Positions 38,768 to 50,956 of a DNA stretch of 64,000 nt are shown here, one piece after another. The stretch covers positions 1,184,001 to 1,248,000 of the forward strand of contig OY761614.1 in the NCBI GenBank assembly GCA_963664825.1. Reading direction: 5' to 3'. The position numbers and the translations under genes were made by a program. Every line of letters starts with the position of its first letter. The first letter of the stretch is position 1. Below the pieces are notes generated by a model that had not been told where the DNA came from, did no database searches, and saw nothing but the letters and a program-made list of their open reading frames with translations. This DNA is from an uncultured Holophaga sp. GTDB taxonomy: Bacteria > Acidobacteriota > Holophagae > Holophagales > Holophagaceae.

Positions 38768-39331
38768 ATGTTCATCCTGGCCATCTCACCCGGCGAGGGC
38801 TACGACGAGGCCCGCTGGAGCCGGGTGCTGGCCTCGGGCATCGACGGCCTCATGCTCCGGGAAAAGCAGATGGAGACCGGAGCCCTCCTGGGGTTCGCCC
38901 TTCGGGTTCGGGACGAGGCGCCGGGGCTCGAGCTCTGGGTCAACGGCCGACTGGACGTGGCGCTGGCGGCGGGTTGCGGCCTGCACGCCCCGGAGGCCTA
39001 TCCCGAAGTGCCCGAGGGCCTGGTCCCCCTTTCGCGGCCCCTTCATGATCCGGCCTCTTTTCCTGCGCGCCGCCAGGCCCAACAGCTGATCCTTTCCCCC
39101 ATCTTCGAGACACCTGGCAAGGGCCCCGCCCTGGGGGCGGCCACCCTTCGAACCTGGCTGGAGGCCCTGCCTCCCTTCCCGGGACGCCTCCTGGCCCTGG
39201 GGGGCATCGGGCCCTCCAATAGCGGGGAACTCCGCCACCGGCGCCTGGGGGGCGTGGCTATGATCCGTGCCCTCTGGCACGCGCCCGATCCCGAGGCCGT
39301 GGTGGCGGGATTGCGGGAATCCTGGCGATAG
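38768..39331 (+). CDS. Thiamine-phosphate synthase family (ThiE/TenI-like)
   Basis: LREK, NGRLDVALA, SPIFETPGK, ALGGI. Confidence 0.8.
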   Translation: MFILAISPGEGYDEARWSRVLASGIDGLMLREKQMETGALLGFALRVRDEAPGLELWVNGRLDVALAAGCGLHAPEAYPEVPEGLVPLSRPLHDPASFPARRQAQQLILSPIFETPGKGPALGAATLRTWLEALPPFPGRLLALGGIGPSNSGELRHRRLGGVAMIRALWHAPDPEAVVAGLRESWR

Positions 39332-39370
39332 GGCTCCTCCTCTAGCAGTACAATCTCACCGGAGGCCGTG

Positions 39371-39712
39371 ATGGAGATCCCCGAACATCTGCACGAACTC
39401 GTCGACCAGCTCGGCCAGGCACTCGTGCAGGCCCTGGCCACCGATCCCACCAGCCGGTCCCTGGCCCGGGAGATCCAAGGGGAAGGCTTCGAAGTGACCC
39501 TCCTCCTGGAAGCCACAGTGGCCCTGCACAAGCGGGAGGAGGCGGAGCTCGAAGCGGAGGGCGAGGCCCCCGACCGGGCCGATCCGGGGCCGGAAGGCGA
39601 CCCCGAGGGTTGGCCCACGCCCGAGGCACGGCGCAGCCAGGCCGCACCCGAGCCCCCCTGGTCCGAGGAGGACCGTGCCTTCCTGCGCACCTTCAAGATT
39701 TCCTTGGATTGA
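39371..39712 (+). CDS. Small acidic hypothetical protein
   Basis: GGAGG SD; ends EEDRAFLRTFKISLD. Confidence 0.7.
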   Translation: MEIPEHLHELVDQLGQALVQALATDPTSRSLAREIQGEGFEVTLLLEATVALHKREEAELEAEGEAPDRADPGPEGDPEGWPTPEARRSQAAPEPPWSEEDRAFLRTFKISLD

Positions 39713-39751
39713 CCGGGCTCCGTGCCCCAGGCTGCAGAGTGGAGGAACTCG

Positions 39752-40951
39752 ATGTCAGAACGCAGCCAAGGCCCTGCCTGGGATAGACCCGCGCCCGAGG
39801 TCGTGCCCTCCGTACGCCCCAATGCGGCCGGGATGTCCAAGGCTACGCTGAAGGAGCTGCTGAAGTCCTTCGGCGAACCGGCCTTCCGCGCCACCCAAAT
39901 CTTCGAGGGCCTCTACAAACACCGCTGGGCCACCTGGGAGGCCTTCACCAATCTCTCCAAGCCCCTGCGGGAGCGGCTTCAGAGCGAGGTGGACCTGACC
40001 TGGCCCGAGATCGTGGAATCCCTTCCTAGCGCCGATGGCAGCACCAAGCACGCCTTCCGCATGGCGGATGGCCGCATGGTGGAAGGCGTCCACATGCCCT
40101 ACGCGGGACGCACGACCCTCTGCCTCTCGAGCCAGGTGGGATGCGCCATGGGCTGCGTCTTCTGCGCCACAGGCCAGATGGGCATCATCCGAAATTTGAG
40201 CGCCAGCGAGATCGTGGGCCAGGTGATGGCCATGCTGAACGCCCACGGCCACGAGGCCGGAGTGCCGGTGAATCTGGTCTTCATGGGCATGGGCGAGCCC
40301 ATGCACAACCTGAACCAGGTGATGAGGGCCTTCGAGATCCTGAGGGACGCCTCGGGCCTGGCGATCCCCCCCCGGCGCATCACCCTTTCCACCTCGGGCC
40401 TCGTGAGCGGCATCGAGACCCTGGCCAAGTCCAAGATCCGGCCCCGGCTGGCCCTCAGCCTCAATGCCACCACGGACGGCTACCGGTCGAAGATCATGCC
40501 CGTGAACCGGGTCTGGAACCTCCTGGCCCTCACCAAGGCGCTCCAGGCCTTCCCCCTGGAGCGGGGCGAACGGATCACCCTGGAATACGTGCTGCTGAAG
40601 GGCCTCACCGATAGCATGGAGGACGCCCGCCGCCTGGCGGCCTTTGCCCGGAAATTTCCCTGCAAGATCAACCTGATCCCCTTCAACGCCCATGAGGCCG
40701 AAGCAGGAGCGGAGGCCCACGGAACCGCCGGTTCCGCCCGAAGGGCGCGCGCCACGGAGGGCGCGCGTGACGCCGAAGCAGTTTCGGAGCACACCTTTGA
40801 GCCCCCCACCGAGGAGCGCCTCCACGAGCTTTGCAAATACCTCGCCTCCAAGGAAATCACCGTGAACGTGCGCCGCAGTCGGGGCCAGGACGTGGCGGGA
40901 GCCTGTGGGCAACTGGTGCGGGAAGGGCAAAAGAGACTCCAGGCCCCTTGA
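39752..40951 (+). CDS. rlmN: 23S rRNA A2503/tRNA A37 radical-SAM methyltransferase, carrying an in-frame insertion
   Basis: CLSSQVGCAMGCVFCATG, FMGMGEP, ITLST.G, EYVLL, NLIPFN, GQDVAGACGQL. Confidence 0.95.
   Translation: MSERSQGPAWDRPAPEVVPSVRPNAAGMSKATLKELLKSFGEPAFRATQIFEGLYKHRWATWEAFTNLSKPLRERLQSEVDLTWPEIVESLPSADGSTKHAFRMADGRMVEGVHMPYAGRTTLCLSSQVGCAMGCVFCATGQMGIIRNLSASEIVGQVMAMLNAHGHEAGVPVNLVFMGMGEPMHNLNQVMRAFEILRDASGLAIPPRRITLSTSGLVSGIETLAKSKIRPRLALSLNATTDGYRSKIMPVNRVWNLLALTKALQAFPLERGERITLEYVLLKGLTDSMEDARRLAAFARKFPCKINLIPFNAHEAEAGAEAHGTAGSARRARATEGARDAEAVSEHTFEPPTEERLHELCKYLASKEITVNVRRSRGQDVAGACGQLVREGQKRLQAP
40693..40781 (+). repeat. 75-bp in-frame palindromic insertion bounded by a 14-bp direct repeat (13/14 match)
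   Basis: TGAGGCCGAAGCAG 40693-40706 and TGACGCCGAAGCAG 40768-40781; three internal hairpins. Confidence 0.7.
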
Positions 40952-41083
40952 TTCCTTGCTCCACGGCCTTGGCACCAAGGGGTCCGGACTGGGGCCGAGG
41001 GATCAGAAATCATGCTTTTCCGGAATGTACCGAAAACGATGGAAACGCCTTTGTCCCCCGCTTTTCTGCTATGAATACCGATC

Positions 41084-43210
<2,127 letters not shown>

Positions 43211-43269
43211 CACGGTCATGGGAGGATGGGAGTCCAGGCCGCGTGCGGCCCTTTGGATAAGGCGAAGCC

Positions 43270-45180
43270 ATGACCTCTCCCACCCCGGAAACCCTGAACT
43301 TCAAGAGCGAACTCAAGCAGATGCTCCATCTGATCACCCATTCGCTCTACTCCCACAAGGAAGTATTCCTGCGGGAACTGCTCAGCAACGCCAGCGACGC
43401 CATCGATCGGGCCCGCTTCAATAGCCTCGAGAACGAGGCGCTGCTGGAGGGGGACAAGGACTGGGCCATTCGCATCTCCGCAGACCGAGACGCCCATACG
43501 CTGACGATTTCCGATAACGGCCTGGGCATGGACCGGGAAGCCATCATCGAGCACCTGGGCACCATCGCCAAGAGCGGCACCCGGGCCTTCATGGAGCGCC
43601 TCAAGACCCTTGGGACTGCGACCCAGCCCGAGCTCATCGGCCAATTCGGCGTGGGCTTCTACAGCGCCTTCATGGTGGCCGACAAGGTGACCGTGATCTC
43701 CCGGGCCGCAGGTTCTACTGAAGCCGTGCGCTGGGAATCCGATGGCCAGGGGGAATTCACCGTGGCGCCTGCGGAGCGCTCCTCCCGCGGCACGGACGTG
43801 ACCCTGTACTTGAAGGCCGAGGAGAAGGAATTCCTGGAGACCTGGCGCCTGCGTGGCCTGGTGAAGCAGTTCTCCGACTTCATCGAACACCCCATCCTGA
43901 TGGCCGTCGAGAAGAAGGCTGACGGCAAAACGGAAACGGAAGAGGCCAAGACCACCGTTGAAGACGAGACACTCAATAGCCGGAAAGCCCTCTGGCTGCG
44001 CAGCAAGGCGGAGATCACCGAGGAGGAGTACAACGCCTTCTACAAGCAGGTCTCGGGGGATTTCGAGGAACCCCTCAAGGTGATCCACGTCCAGGCCGAA
44101 GGCACCCCCAGCTTCCGCGCCCTCCTCTACCTGCCCAAGCACAAGAGCATGGATCTCCAGTTCGGAGACGCCAAGGTGGGGCCGAGGCTCTACATCAACC
44201 GCGTGCTCATCCAGGATCCCTGCGAGGCCCTGCTGCCGGCCTGGCTGCGCTTCGTGAAGGGCGTGGTGGACTGCCCGGATCTGCCCCTGAACGTGAGCCG
44301 GGAGACCCTCCAACAGAACCCCCTGCTGGAGAAGATCCAGAAGAACCTCGTCAAGCAGGTGCTGAAGGCCCTCGAGGAGCTGAAGGCCAGCCAGCGGGAG
44401 ACCTATAGCGACTTCTTCCAGGAGCTGGGTCAGATCCTCAAGGAGGGCCTGGGCCGGGACTGGGAGCGCCGGGAGGCCATCGCCGATCTCCTGCTCTTCG
44501 AGCACCTCCAGGGCGAAGGAGGAAAGCGCATCACGCTGGCGGAGTATGTCGGCGCCATGGGCGAGGACCAGAAGGACATCTACCACGTGGCTGGCGAGGA
44601 GCGCGCAGCGCTGGCCCATGTGCCCAGCCTGGAGGCCTTCAAGGCCAAGGGCTGGGACGTGCTCCTGCTCACCGATCCCATCGATCCCTTCGTCATCCCC
44701 GGCCTGCCCGAATACAAGGGACACCCCCTGAAGGCCGCGGATCGCCATGCCCCCGAGCTGCCGGAAGAGGACAAGAAGAAGGCCGAGGCCGCCGAAGGGG
44801 AGTACCGCCCCCTGCTGGAGCTATTCAAGACCCAGCTCACCGGGCTCAAGGATGTGCGGCTCTCCAGCCGCCTCAAGGAGAGCGCCGCCTGCCTAGTGGC
44901 CGCGGAAGATTCCATGGATCCCCGCATGGAGCAGCTCCTGGCCCGCCTGGGGCAGGGTCAGGGCCACGGCCCCAGCCCCCGGGTGTTGGAACTGAACCCC
45001 GGTCACCCCACGGTCCAGGCCCTGCTGGCCAAGTGCAAGGCCGATCCCAAGGACGCCCGCCTGGGGAGTTACGCCCAGCTCCTCCTGGACCAGGCCCTCA
45101 TCGCCGAAGGCTCCCGCCCCGAGGACCCCATGGCCTTCCTGGCTCGCATCAACGAGCTGGTGACCAAGGAATTGGCCTGA
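43270..45180 (+). CDS. htpG: Chaperone HtpG (Hsp90)
   Basis: HSLYS..EVFLRELLSNASDA, GTIAKSGT, IGQFGVGFYSAF, LPLNVSRE. Confidence 0.97.
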   Translation: MTSPTPETLNFKSELKQMLHLITHSLYSHKEVFLRELLSNASDAIDRARFNSLENEALLEGDKDWAIRISADRDAHTLTISDNGLGMDREAIIEHLGTIAKSGTRAFMERLKTLGTATQPELIGQFGVGFYSAFMVADKVTVISRAAGSTEAVRWESDGQGEFTVAPAERSSRGTDVTLYLKAEEKEFLETWRLRGLVKQFSDFIEHPILMAVEKKADGKTETEEAKTTVEDETLNSRKALWLRSKAEITEEEYNAFYKQVSGDFEEPLKVIHVQAEGTPSFRALLYLPKHKSMDLQFGDAKVGPRLYINRVLIQDPCEALLPAWLRFVKGVVDCPDLPLNVSRETLQQNPLLEKIQKNLVKQVLKALEELKASQRETYSDFFQELGQILKEGLGRDWERREAIADLLLFEHLQGEGGKRITLAEYVGAMGEDQKDIYHVAGEERAALAHVPSLEAFKAKGWDVLLLTDPIDPFVIPGLPEYKGHPLKAADRHAPELPEEDKKKAEAAEGEYRPLLELFKTQLTGLKDVRLSSRLKESAACLVAAEDSMDPRMEQLLARLGQGQGHGPSPRVLELNPGHPTVQALLAKCKADPKDARLGSYAQLLLDQALIAEGSRPEDPMAFLARINELVTKELA

Positions 45181-45243
45181 GGAACTCAGGCTTCCTTCAG
45201 AATCGCGCTTGATCCCCTTGGATTCCCTTGGGATTCTGAAGGG

Positions 45244-47901
45244 ATGGAACGTTACACGCCCTCCCTCATCGAACCCAAATGGCAGGCCTACTGGACCGAG
45301 CACAGGACCTTCCAGACCTCTGAAGACCTCCAGCTGCCCAAGAAATACGTCCTGGATATGTTCCCCTACCCCTCGGGAGCGGGCCTGCACGTGGGCCATC
45401 CCGAGGGCTACACGGCCACCGACATCTACTGTCGCTACATGCGCTCCACGGGCCACGCCGTCCTGCATCCCATGGGCTGGGACGCCTTCGGCCTACCTGC
45501 TGAGCAGTACGCGATCCAGACCGGCACCCACCCGGCCGTCACCACCCAGAAGAACATCGCCACCTTCAAGCGGCAGATCCAGGCCCTGGGCCTCTCCTAC
45601 GACTGGGACCGGGAGGTCGACACCACCGACCCCACCTACGTGAAGTGGACCCAGTGGATCTTCCTCCAGCTCTTCAAGCGGGGGCTGGCCTACCAGTCGG
45701 AAAAGCCCGTGAACTGGTGTGCGGCCCTGGGCACGGTGCTGGCCAACGAGGAAGTCATCGATGGCAAGAGCGAGCGGGGCGGCCACCCCGTCACCCGCCT
45801 GCCCCTGCGCCAGTGGATGCTGAGGATCACGGCCTATGCCGACCGGCTGGCGGACGATCTGAAGCTGGTGCAGTGGCCGGAGAGCACCAAGACCATGCAG
45901 GAGGAGTGGATCGGCCGCAGCGAGGGCGCCGAGGTCCGCTTCCCCCTGGAGGACGGCAGCGGCTTTTTGGAGATCTTCACCACCCGCCCCGATACGCTCT
46001 TCGGCGTCACCTTCATGGTCATCGCCCCGGAGCACCCCGCCTTGGAGCGGCTCACCACACCTGAACAGAAGGCCGCCGTGGAGGCCTACGCCAGCCAGGC
46101 CCGCAACCGTTCGGACCTGGACCGGCGCGCCGCCAAGGAGAAGACCGGCGTCTTCACGGGCGGTTTCGTGACCAATCCCCTCACGGGCGCCCGGGTGCCC
46201 GTGTGGGTGGCCGACTACGTGATGATGGGCTACGGCACCGGGGCCATCATGGCCGTGCCCGGCCACGATCAGCGGGATTTCGAATTCGCCCGCAAGTTCC
46301 AGATCCCCGTGATCCAGGTGGTGAGCGGCGATGGGCGCCTGCTCCAGGGCGAGATGACCGAGGCCTTCACCGAATACGGCCTGGCCGTGAATTCCGGGGC
46401 CTACGATGGCCTGGCAACGGCCGACTTCAAGAGGAAGGTCACGGCAGATCTGGAGAAAGCGGGCCAGGGCAAGGCGCGTGTGGAATTCCGCCTGCGGGAC
46501 TGGGTCTTCAGCCGCCAGCGCTATTGGGGGGAACCCATCCCCATCTATTTCCCCGTGGAGACGGACGGTGACCCCCGGAAGGGCGATTCCTACACCATCC
46601 GCTACGATCTGCCCCAGGCGGTCGATGAATCCGAATTGCCCCTCTGCCTGCCGGAGCTGGAGGACTTCAATCCCGGCGAGGATCCCGCGGGCACACTGGC
46701 CCGTGCCACCGAATGGAGGTTCTTCCAGAAGGACGGTCACTGGTTCGCCCGGGAGACCAACACCATGCCCCAATGGGCGGGTTCCTGCTGGTACTACCTG
46801 CGCTTCATGGATCCCAAGAACCCCGAGGCCCCCTGGAGCAAGGAGGCTGCCCAGCGCTGGCTGCCGGTGGATCTCTACGTGGGTGGCGCCGAACACGCCG
46901 TGCTGCACCTGCTCTATGCCCGCTTCTGGCACAAGGTCTTGCTGGACGCGGGGCATCTGGACGCGCCGGAGCCCTTCGCCAAGCTGGTGCACCAGGGCAT
47001 GATCCTGGGGGAAGTGGAATACACGGGATATCAATTCTCTGGCAACTTCGTCTCCAGAGAATTGATAGAAGCAATCCCCGAGGGGGGATACCGACTCAAG
47101 ACAACCGGCCAGGAAGTTGAAGCCCTGCGGATGCCTGAGGACGCCACGGAGAAGAAGGGCGGCAATGTGGTGTTGAAGGCCGATCCTTCGATCGTGCTGG
47201 ATGGGCGGGCCTTCAAGATGTCCAAGTCGCGAGGCAACGTGGTCAACCCCGATGAAGTGATCCGGGAGCACGGCGCCGACGCCCTGAGGCTCTACGAGAT
47301 GTTCCTGGGCCCCCTGGAGGCCACCAAACCCTGGAACACCAATGGCATCCAGGGCGTGAGCCGCTTCCTGGAGCGCACCTGGAACCTGGGCCAGAAGCTC
47401 ATGACCGCCCCAGAGGCGCCCTCTGACATGTCCCCGGAACTGCGGCGCCTCATGCACAAAACCATCCGCAAGGTGGGCGAGGATATCGAGGCCCTGCGGC
47501 TCAATACGGCCATTTCGGCCATGATGATCTACCTCAACGAACTGGCCAAGGCCGATCCCTTGCCTCGGGAGGCCGTGGAAATTCTGGTGCGCCTGCTCCA
47601 TCCCTTCGCGCCCCATCTGGCCGAAGAACTCTGGGAGAGCCTGGGCCACGCCCCTTCCCTCCAGGCCGTGCCCTGGCCCGCCTATGACCCGGCTCTCTGC
47701 GTGGAGGAGGCCGTCGTCGTGGTGGTGCAGGTGAACGGCAAGGTGCGGGGTCGCCTCAGCCTGCCCGCGGACGCCACGCCCGAACAGCGCCGGGAGGCCG
47801 CCCTCGCCTGCCCCGAGGCCCAGAATTTTCTCAGCGGCAAGGAGATCGTCAAGGTCGTCGTGCCCCCCAACGGTACGCTGGTGAGCATCGTGGTAAAGTA
47901 A
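45244..47901 (+). CDS. leuS: Leucine--tRNA ligase
   Basis: MFPYPSG.GLHVGH, GWDAFGLPAE, FTTRPDT, RQRYWG, KMSKS, VQVNGK. Confidence 0.98.
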   Translation: MERYTPSLIEPKWQAYWTEHRTFQTSEDLQLPKKYVLDMFPYPSGAGLHVGHPEGYTATDIYCRYMRSTGHAVLHPMGWDAFGLPAEQYAIQTGTHPAVTTQKNIATFKRQIQALGLSYDWDREVDTTDPTYVKWTQWIFLQLFKRGLAYQSEKPVNWCAALGTVLANEEVIDGKSERGGHPVTRLPLRQWMLRITAYADRLADDLKLVQWPESTKTMQEEWIGRSEGAEVRFPLEDGSGFLEIFTTRPDTLFGVTFMVIAPEHPALERLTTPEQKAAVEAYASQARNRSDLDRRAAKEKTGVFTGGFVTNPLTGARVPVWVADYVMMGYGTGAIMAVPGHDQRDFEFARKFQIPVIQVVSGDGRLLQGEMTEAFTEYGLAVNSGAYDGLATADFKRKVTADLEKAGQGKARVEFRLRDWVFSRQRYWGEPIPIYFPVETDGDPRKGDSYTIRYDLPQAVDESELPLCLPELEDFNPGEDPAGTLARATEWRFFQKDGHWFARETNTMPQWAGSCWYYLRFMDPKNPEAPWSKEAAQRWLPVDLYVGGAEHAVLHLLYARFWHKVLLDAGHLDAPEPFAKLVHQGMILGEVEYTGYQFSGNFVSRELIEAIPEGGYRLKTTGQEVEALRMPEDATEKKGGNVVLKADPSIVLDGRAFKMSKSRGNVVNPDEVIREHGADALRLYEMFLGPLEATKPWNTNGIQGVSRFLERTWNLGQKLMTAPEAPSDMSPELRRLMHKTIRKVGEDIEALRLNTAISAMMIYLNELAKADPLPREAVEILVRLLHPFAPHLAEELWESLGHAPSLQAVPWPAYDPALCVEEAVVVVVQVNGKVRGRLSLPADATPEQRREAALACPEAQNFLSGKEIVKVVVPPNGTLVSIVVK

Positions 47902-48045
47902 GCGAGCCCTTAATAGGTATCTTCCCCCAAAAAAAAGAGACATGGATCCATCCAAAAAGATGGCCAGGTTTTTTTTACTTACACATTATCGCAAACAACA
48001 TTTAATCACGGTGGGATTGTACACACCGTTCAATTGGATATCCCC

Positions 48046-50094
48046 ATGGGTCATAGGTTATTTGTTAATCTCATAGCCGGAATGGTCTGTACACTAGTGG
48101 CAAACGCGACAGAACCGCTCCACAGGATGTTTATCGAGCCCATCCACCCAAAAATATGGGCCATGCGGGACGATGCAGCCCTTGTGGCAGGCGGGGCCGT
48201 GGTTCTGGAGGATCGGTGGCGGCTGGGGCTCCAGGGGTTCTTTCTAGAACACATTCTGCGAGTACGCGTTTTAAACAGTGCAGGTCAAGCCGCAGCCAAA
48301 ATCGCCAAGATTACAGGAAAGCTGCTAGAGATCGAAGGCAGAATTGCCTACCCCGATGGAACTTTCCTAATCCTGGACAAAGTGTCGGATCTCCACGAAA
48401 AAACAGGGCTTAACTACAAGCAATCCATCAATGACTATGTTTCACGCACGTACCACATGAATCGCACCATCCTGGACGTTCCAGGCATTACTTCCGATTG
48501 CGTTTTTGAACTCAAGTTAAAGATTCGTCCAGAAACCATCAATTGGATGGAGGTGGTCACGCTTCAGAACACCTTTCCAACCCAGGCACAGAGTGTTGAG
48601 ATCAATAATGGATTTGATTTTAAAGTACTATTTTGTGCCATTGCGGAATTAAAACCTAGCATCCAAAAAAAAGGCAACATAATCACAACAACATTCTTGA
48701 ATCTCCCCCCCATCCAATCAGCACCATTCAGCGCAAATTTCACGAAGTCGGTGAATATGTTGTTCATATATCCTCCACAGATTGGTGTTGAATCCCAACA
48801 AAATGAAAGCCCTGGTGCATTTTGGGGAAATGTGGCTACAGAAATATGGAAAAGGGAACTTGAATTCGATCCATTCTTTCGCATCAAGGGTGGCTACAAG
48901 CAGGGACAATTCATCCCAGGCTCAACTCCCAAGGAGCGAAAGCACTATGACAACCTCCTGGCCTCCATAAGCAAGGACCTTCCGGCTTCACCCCAAGCCA
49001 AAGCCAGGGAACTTCACGCCCGCCTATCCTCACGGATCAAACAATGGCCTTACTGGTCTAAAGAATTCGCGGAATGGCACAAGAAGTTGGACAGTCCAAG
49101 AGATGCTTTAGATGCTTCCGACATTGAATGCATTATCAAAAACGGAGCAACCTTCGAGAAGGCCTGGGGAACCCTCTATTACAATCTGCTACGGGACAAT
49201 GGATTACATCCAAGCCTTGTAATGGCGGTCTCTGCTCACACGCGCCCATTCCTGGTCAACCTACGCAGTACTCTTCAGTTCGAGAGAACTTTTTTAAGAA
49301 TTGAGGAGGAAGGAAAACCTCCCCTGTACCTCGACACAACGCAGGAAGAGGGAAACCTTGGAACCATACCTCCCTGGTTTCAGGGAACAGAGGCGATGAT
49401 TATAGAGACCGCGAATTGGACCCCTGCAACGCTTCGACTACCCTGGCAATCCCCCTCCAATGAATCCACGGAAATGGCGTACACGATAGAACAGGACGGC
49501 CCCCGTTTCCGGTTCCAGACCCGGGCGAGCTTCTACGGAGTTGCACAATCCAAGGCCCGAGAGGATTTCATCCATGAGAGTGATACCAGCCGGAGCGACC
49601 ATCTGGCGAAAAGCCTGGAAAATGCCTGCCTGTATCTGGCAGTAGATGAGGCGAGCGTCAGTGACCCCGAGGACAAAAAGACTCCATTCACATGGTCGGC
49701 CAAAGGGCATTTGGCCATTTCCGGCGAAGACACCGTTTTCATCCCCCCTTTTCCGGCCCATTCAGAGTTCTTTCCATTACCCCATTTTTTCCCATCAGAA
49801 CGCCATGAGAGCCTTTATCTTGGTCCGCCACGCAAGATGAAATGGACGTCCAGGATCGCAATTCCCAAGGGCTTCAGATGGGTTTCAGAGCCACCCACCG
49901 AATCGACTTTCGATTTCGCACTTATCCGACGCGGGGCTCACCTTTCCGAAAACGGAACTCACCTGGAGATCACCACAGAAGTTACAACTACCCGCGGCCT
50001 TCTTCCCGCCTCCAGCTACAAGGACTTCCGAAAATTCCTGACCCATCTCCAGTGCGCAACCAATGACCCCCTCGTCCTGGAAAGAATTTTATGA
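48046..50094 (+). CDS. Secreted DUF3857/transglutaminase-like superfamily protein, probably non-catalytic
   Basis: Signal peptide; ...RVRVLN.AG, P.ITSDCV; central YLD segment but no recognisable catalytic Cys/His; paired with the next gene; atypical codon use. Confidence 0.65.
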   Translation: MGHRLFVNLIAGMVCTLVANATEPLHRMFIEPIHPKIWAMRDDAALVAGGAVVLEDRWRLGLQGFFLEHILRVRVLNSAGQAAAKIAKITGKLLEIEGRIAYPDGTFLILDKVSDLHEKTGLNYKQSINDYVSRTYHMNRTILDVPGITSDCVFELKLKIRPETINWMEVVTLQNTFPTQAQSVEINNGFDFKVLFCAIAELKPSIQKKGNIITTTFLNLPPIQSAPFSANFTKSVNMLFIYPPQIGVESQQNESPGAFWGNVATEIWKRELEFDPFFRIKGGYKQGQFIPGSTPKERKHYDNLLASISKDLPASPQAKARELHARLSSRIKQWPYWSKEFAEWHKKLDSPRDALDASDIECIIKNGATFEKAWGTLYYNLLRDNGLHPSLVMAVSAHTRPFLVNLRSTLQFERTFLRIEEEGKPPLYLDTTQEEGNLGTIPPWFQGTEAMIIETANWTPATLRLPWQSPSNESTEMAYTIEQDGPRFRFQTRASFYGVAQSKAREDFIHESDTSRSDHLAKSLENACLYLAVDEASVSDPEDKKTPFTWSAKGHLAISGEDTVFIPPFPAHSEFFPLPHFFPSERHESLYLGPPRKMKWTSRIAIPKGFRWVSEPPTESTFDFALIRRGAHLSENGTHLEITTEVTTTRGLLPASSYKDFRKFLTHLQCATNDPLVLERIL

Positions 50095-50956
50095 ACCACC
50101 TCGCACATCGCATCCTATTGTGCATTCTTCTCCTGGGTCCCATTGCCGCCTTCGGGCGGACCACCGATTTACCCTTGTGGGCAGCCAAGGCCGTAGCCGA
50201 GGGAGCCAAGGAAACAACTCCTCTGAGGGCTGCAGCCTGGATCCTCTTGGATCGCACCAGCCTGTTCTATAAAGGGAAAGGCCAAATCCAGATTCAGCGG
50301 CAAAAAGTCGTCAGGGTTCTCAGTAGGGAAGGTATGGACCACGCAGTGTTCAACCTCTTCGGCGACGAAGGCCCGAGCTATCGAGTTCTGGATGTCCAAG
50401 GCTGGAATTCCCCCCCCAAGGGCAATGTCAACAAGCTGAACCATAATTCAGCTTTTCAGTTGGATCCTGACGCCAATCAAGTGCTTACCTCCCAGATCAA
50501 GACCGTAATTGCCCTACCGGAAGTGGTGCCTGGGAGCATCGTGGCCTTTGAATCCATGGAGGTCATCACACCACCCCAGGGCCCTATTCTCACGGAATGG
50601 GTGGGGCAGCGGGATCCCATATTGCGTTGGGAATTAAAGGTGGACAGTGAATGGGCCCTTACAAATAACATTCGGGCAGTATTCAAACCTTGGAACCTGG
50701 AAAAATGGACCCGGGAAATGGAGTTGGTTCCAGAAAGAACCCTGACACTTCATCACATCCCCGGCGTCCGGTCCCCAGAAACCGCAGCTCCGGGCTCGTT
50801 TGAATATAAACCTATTGTTTCTATTCGTTTTTTCGATCCCTTCCACCCCCTGGCTTTTGAGGGATCTGGGAAACAGCTTGGGAAATCGACTTACGAACAG
50901 ATGAACTTCACAGAGCCACCGCCCACAGAGTTACCCGTTTTTGAGGGAGATCCGCT

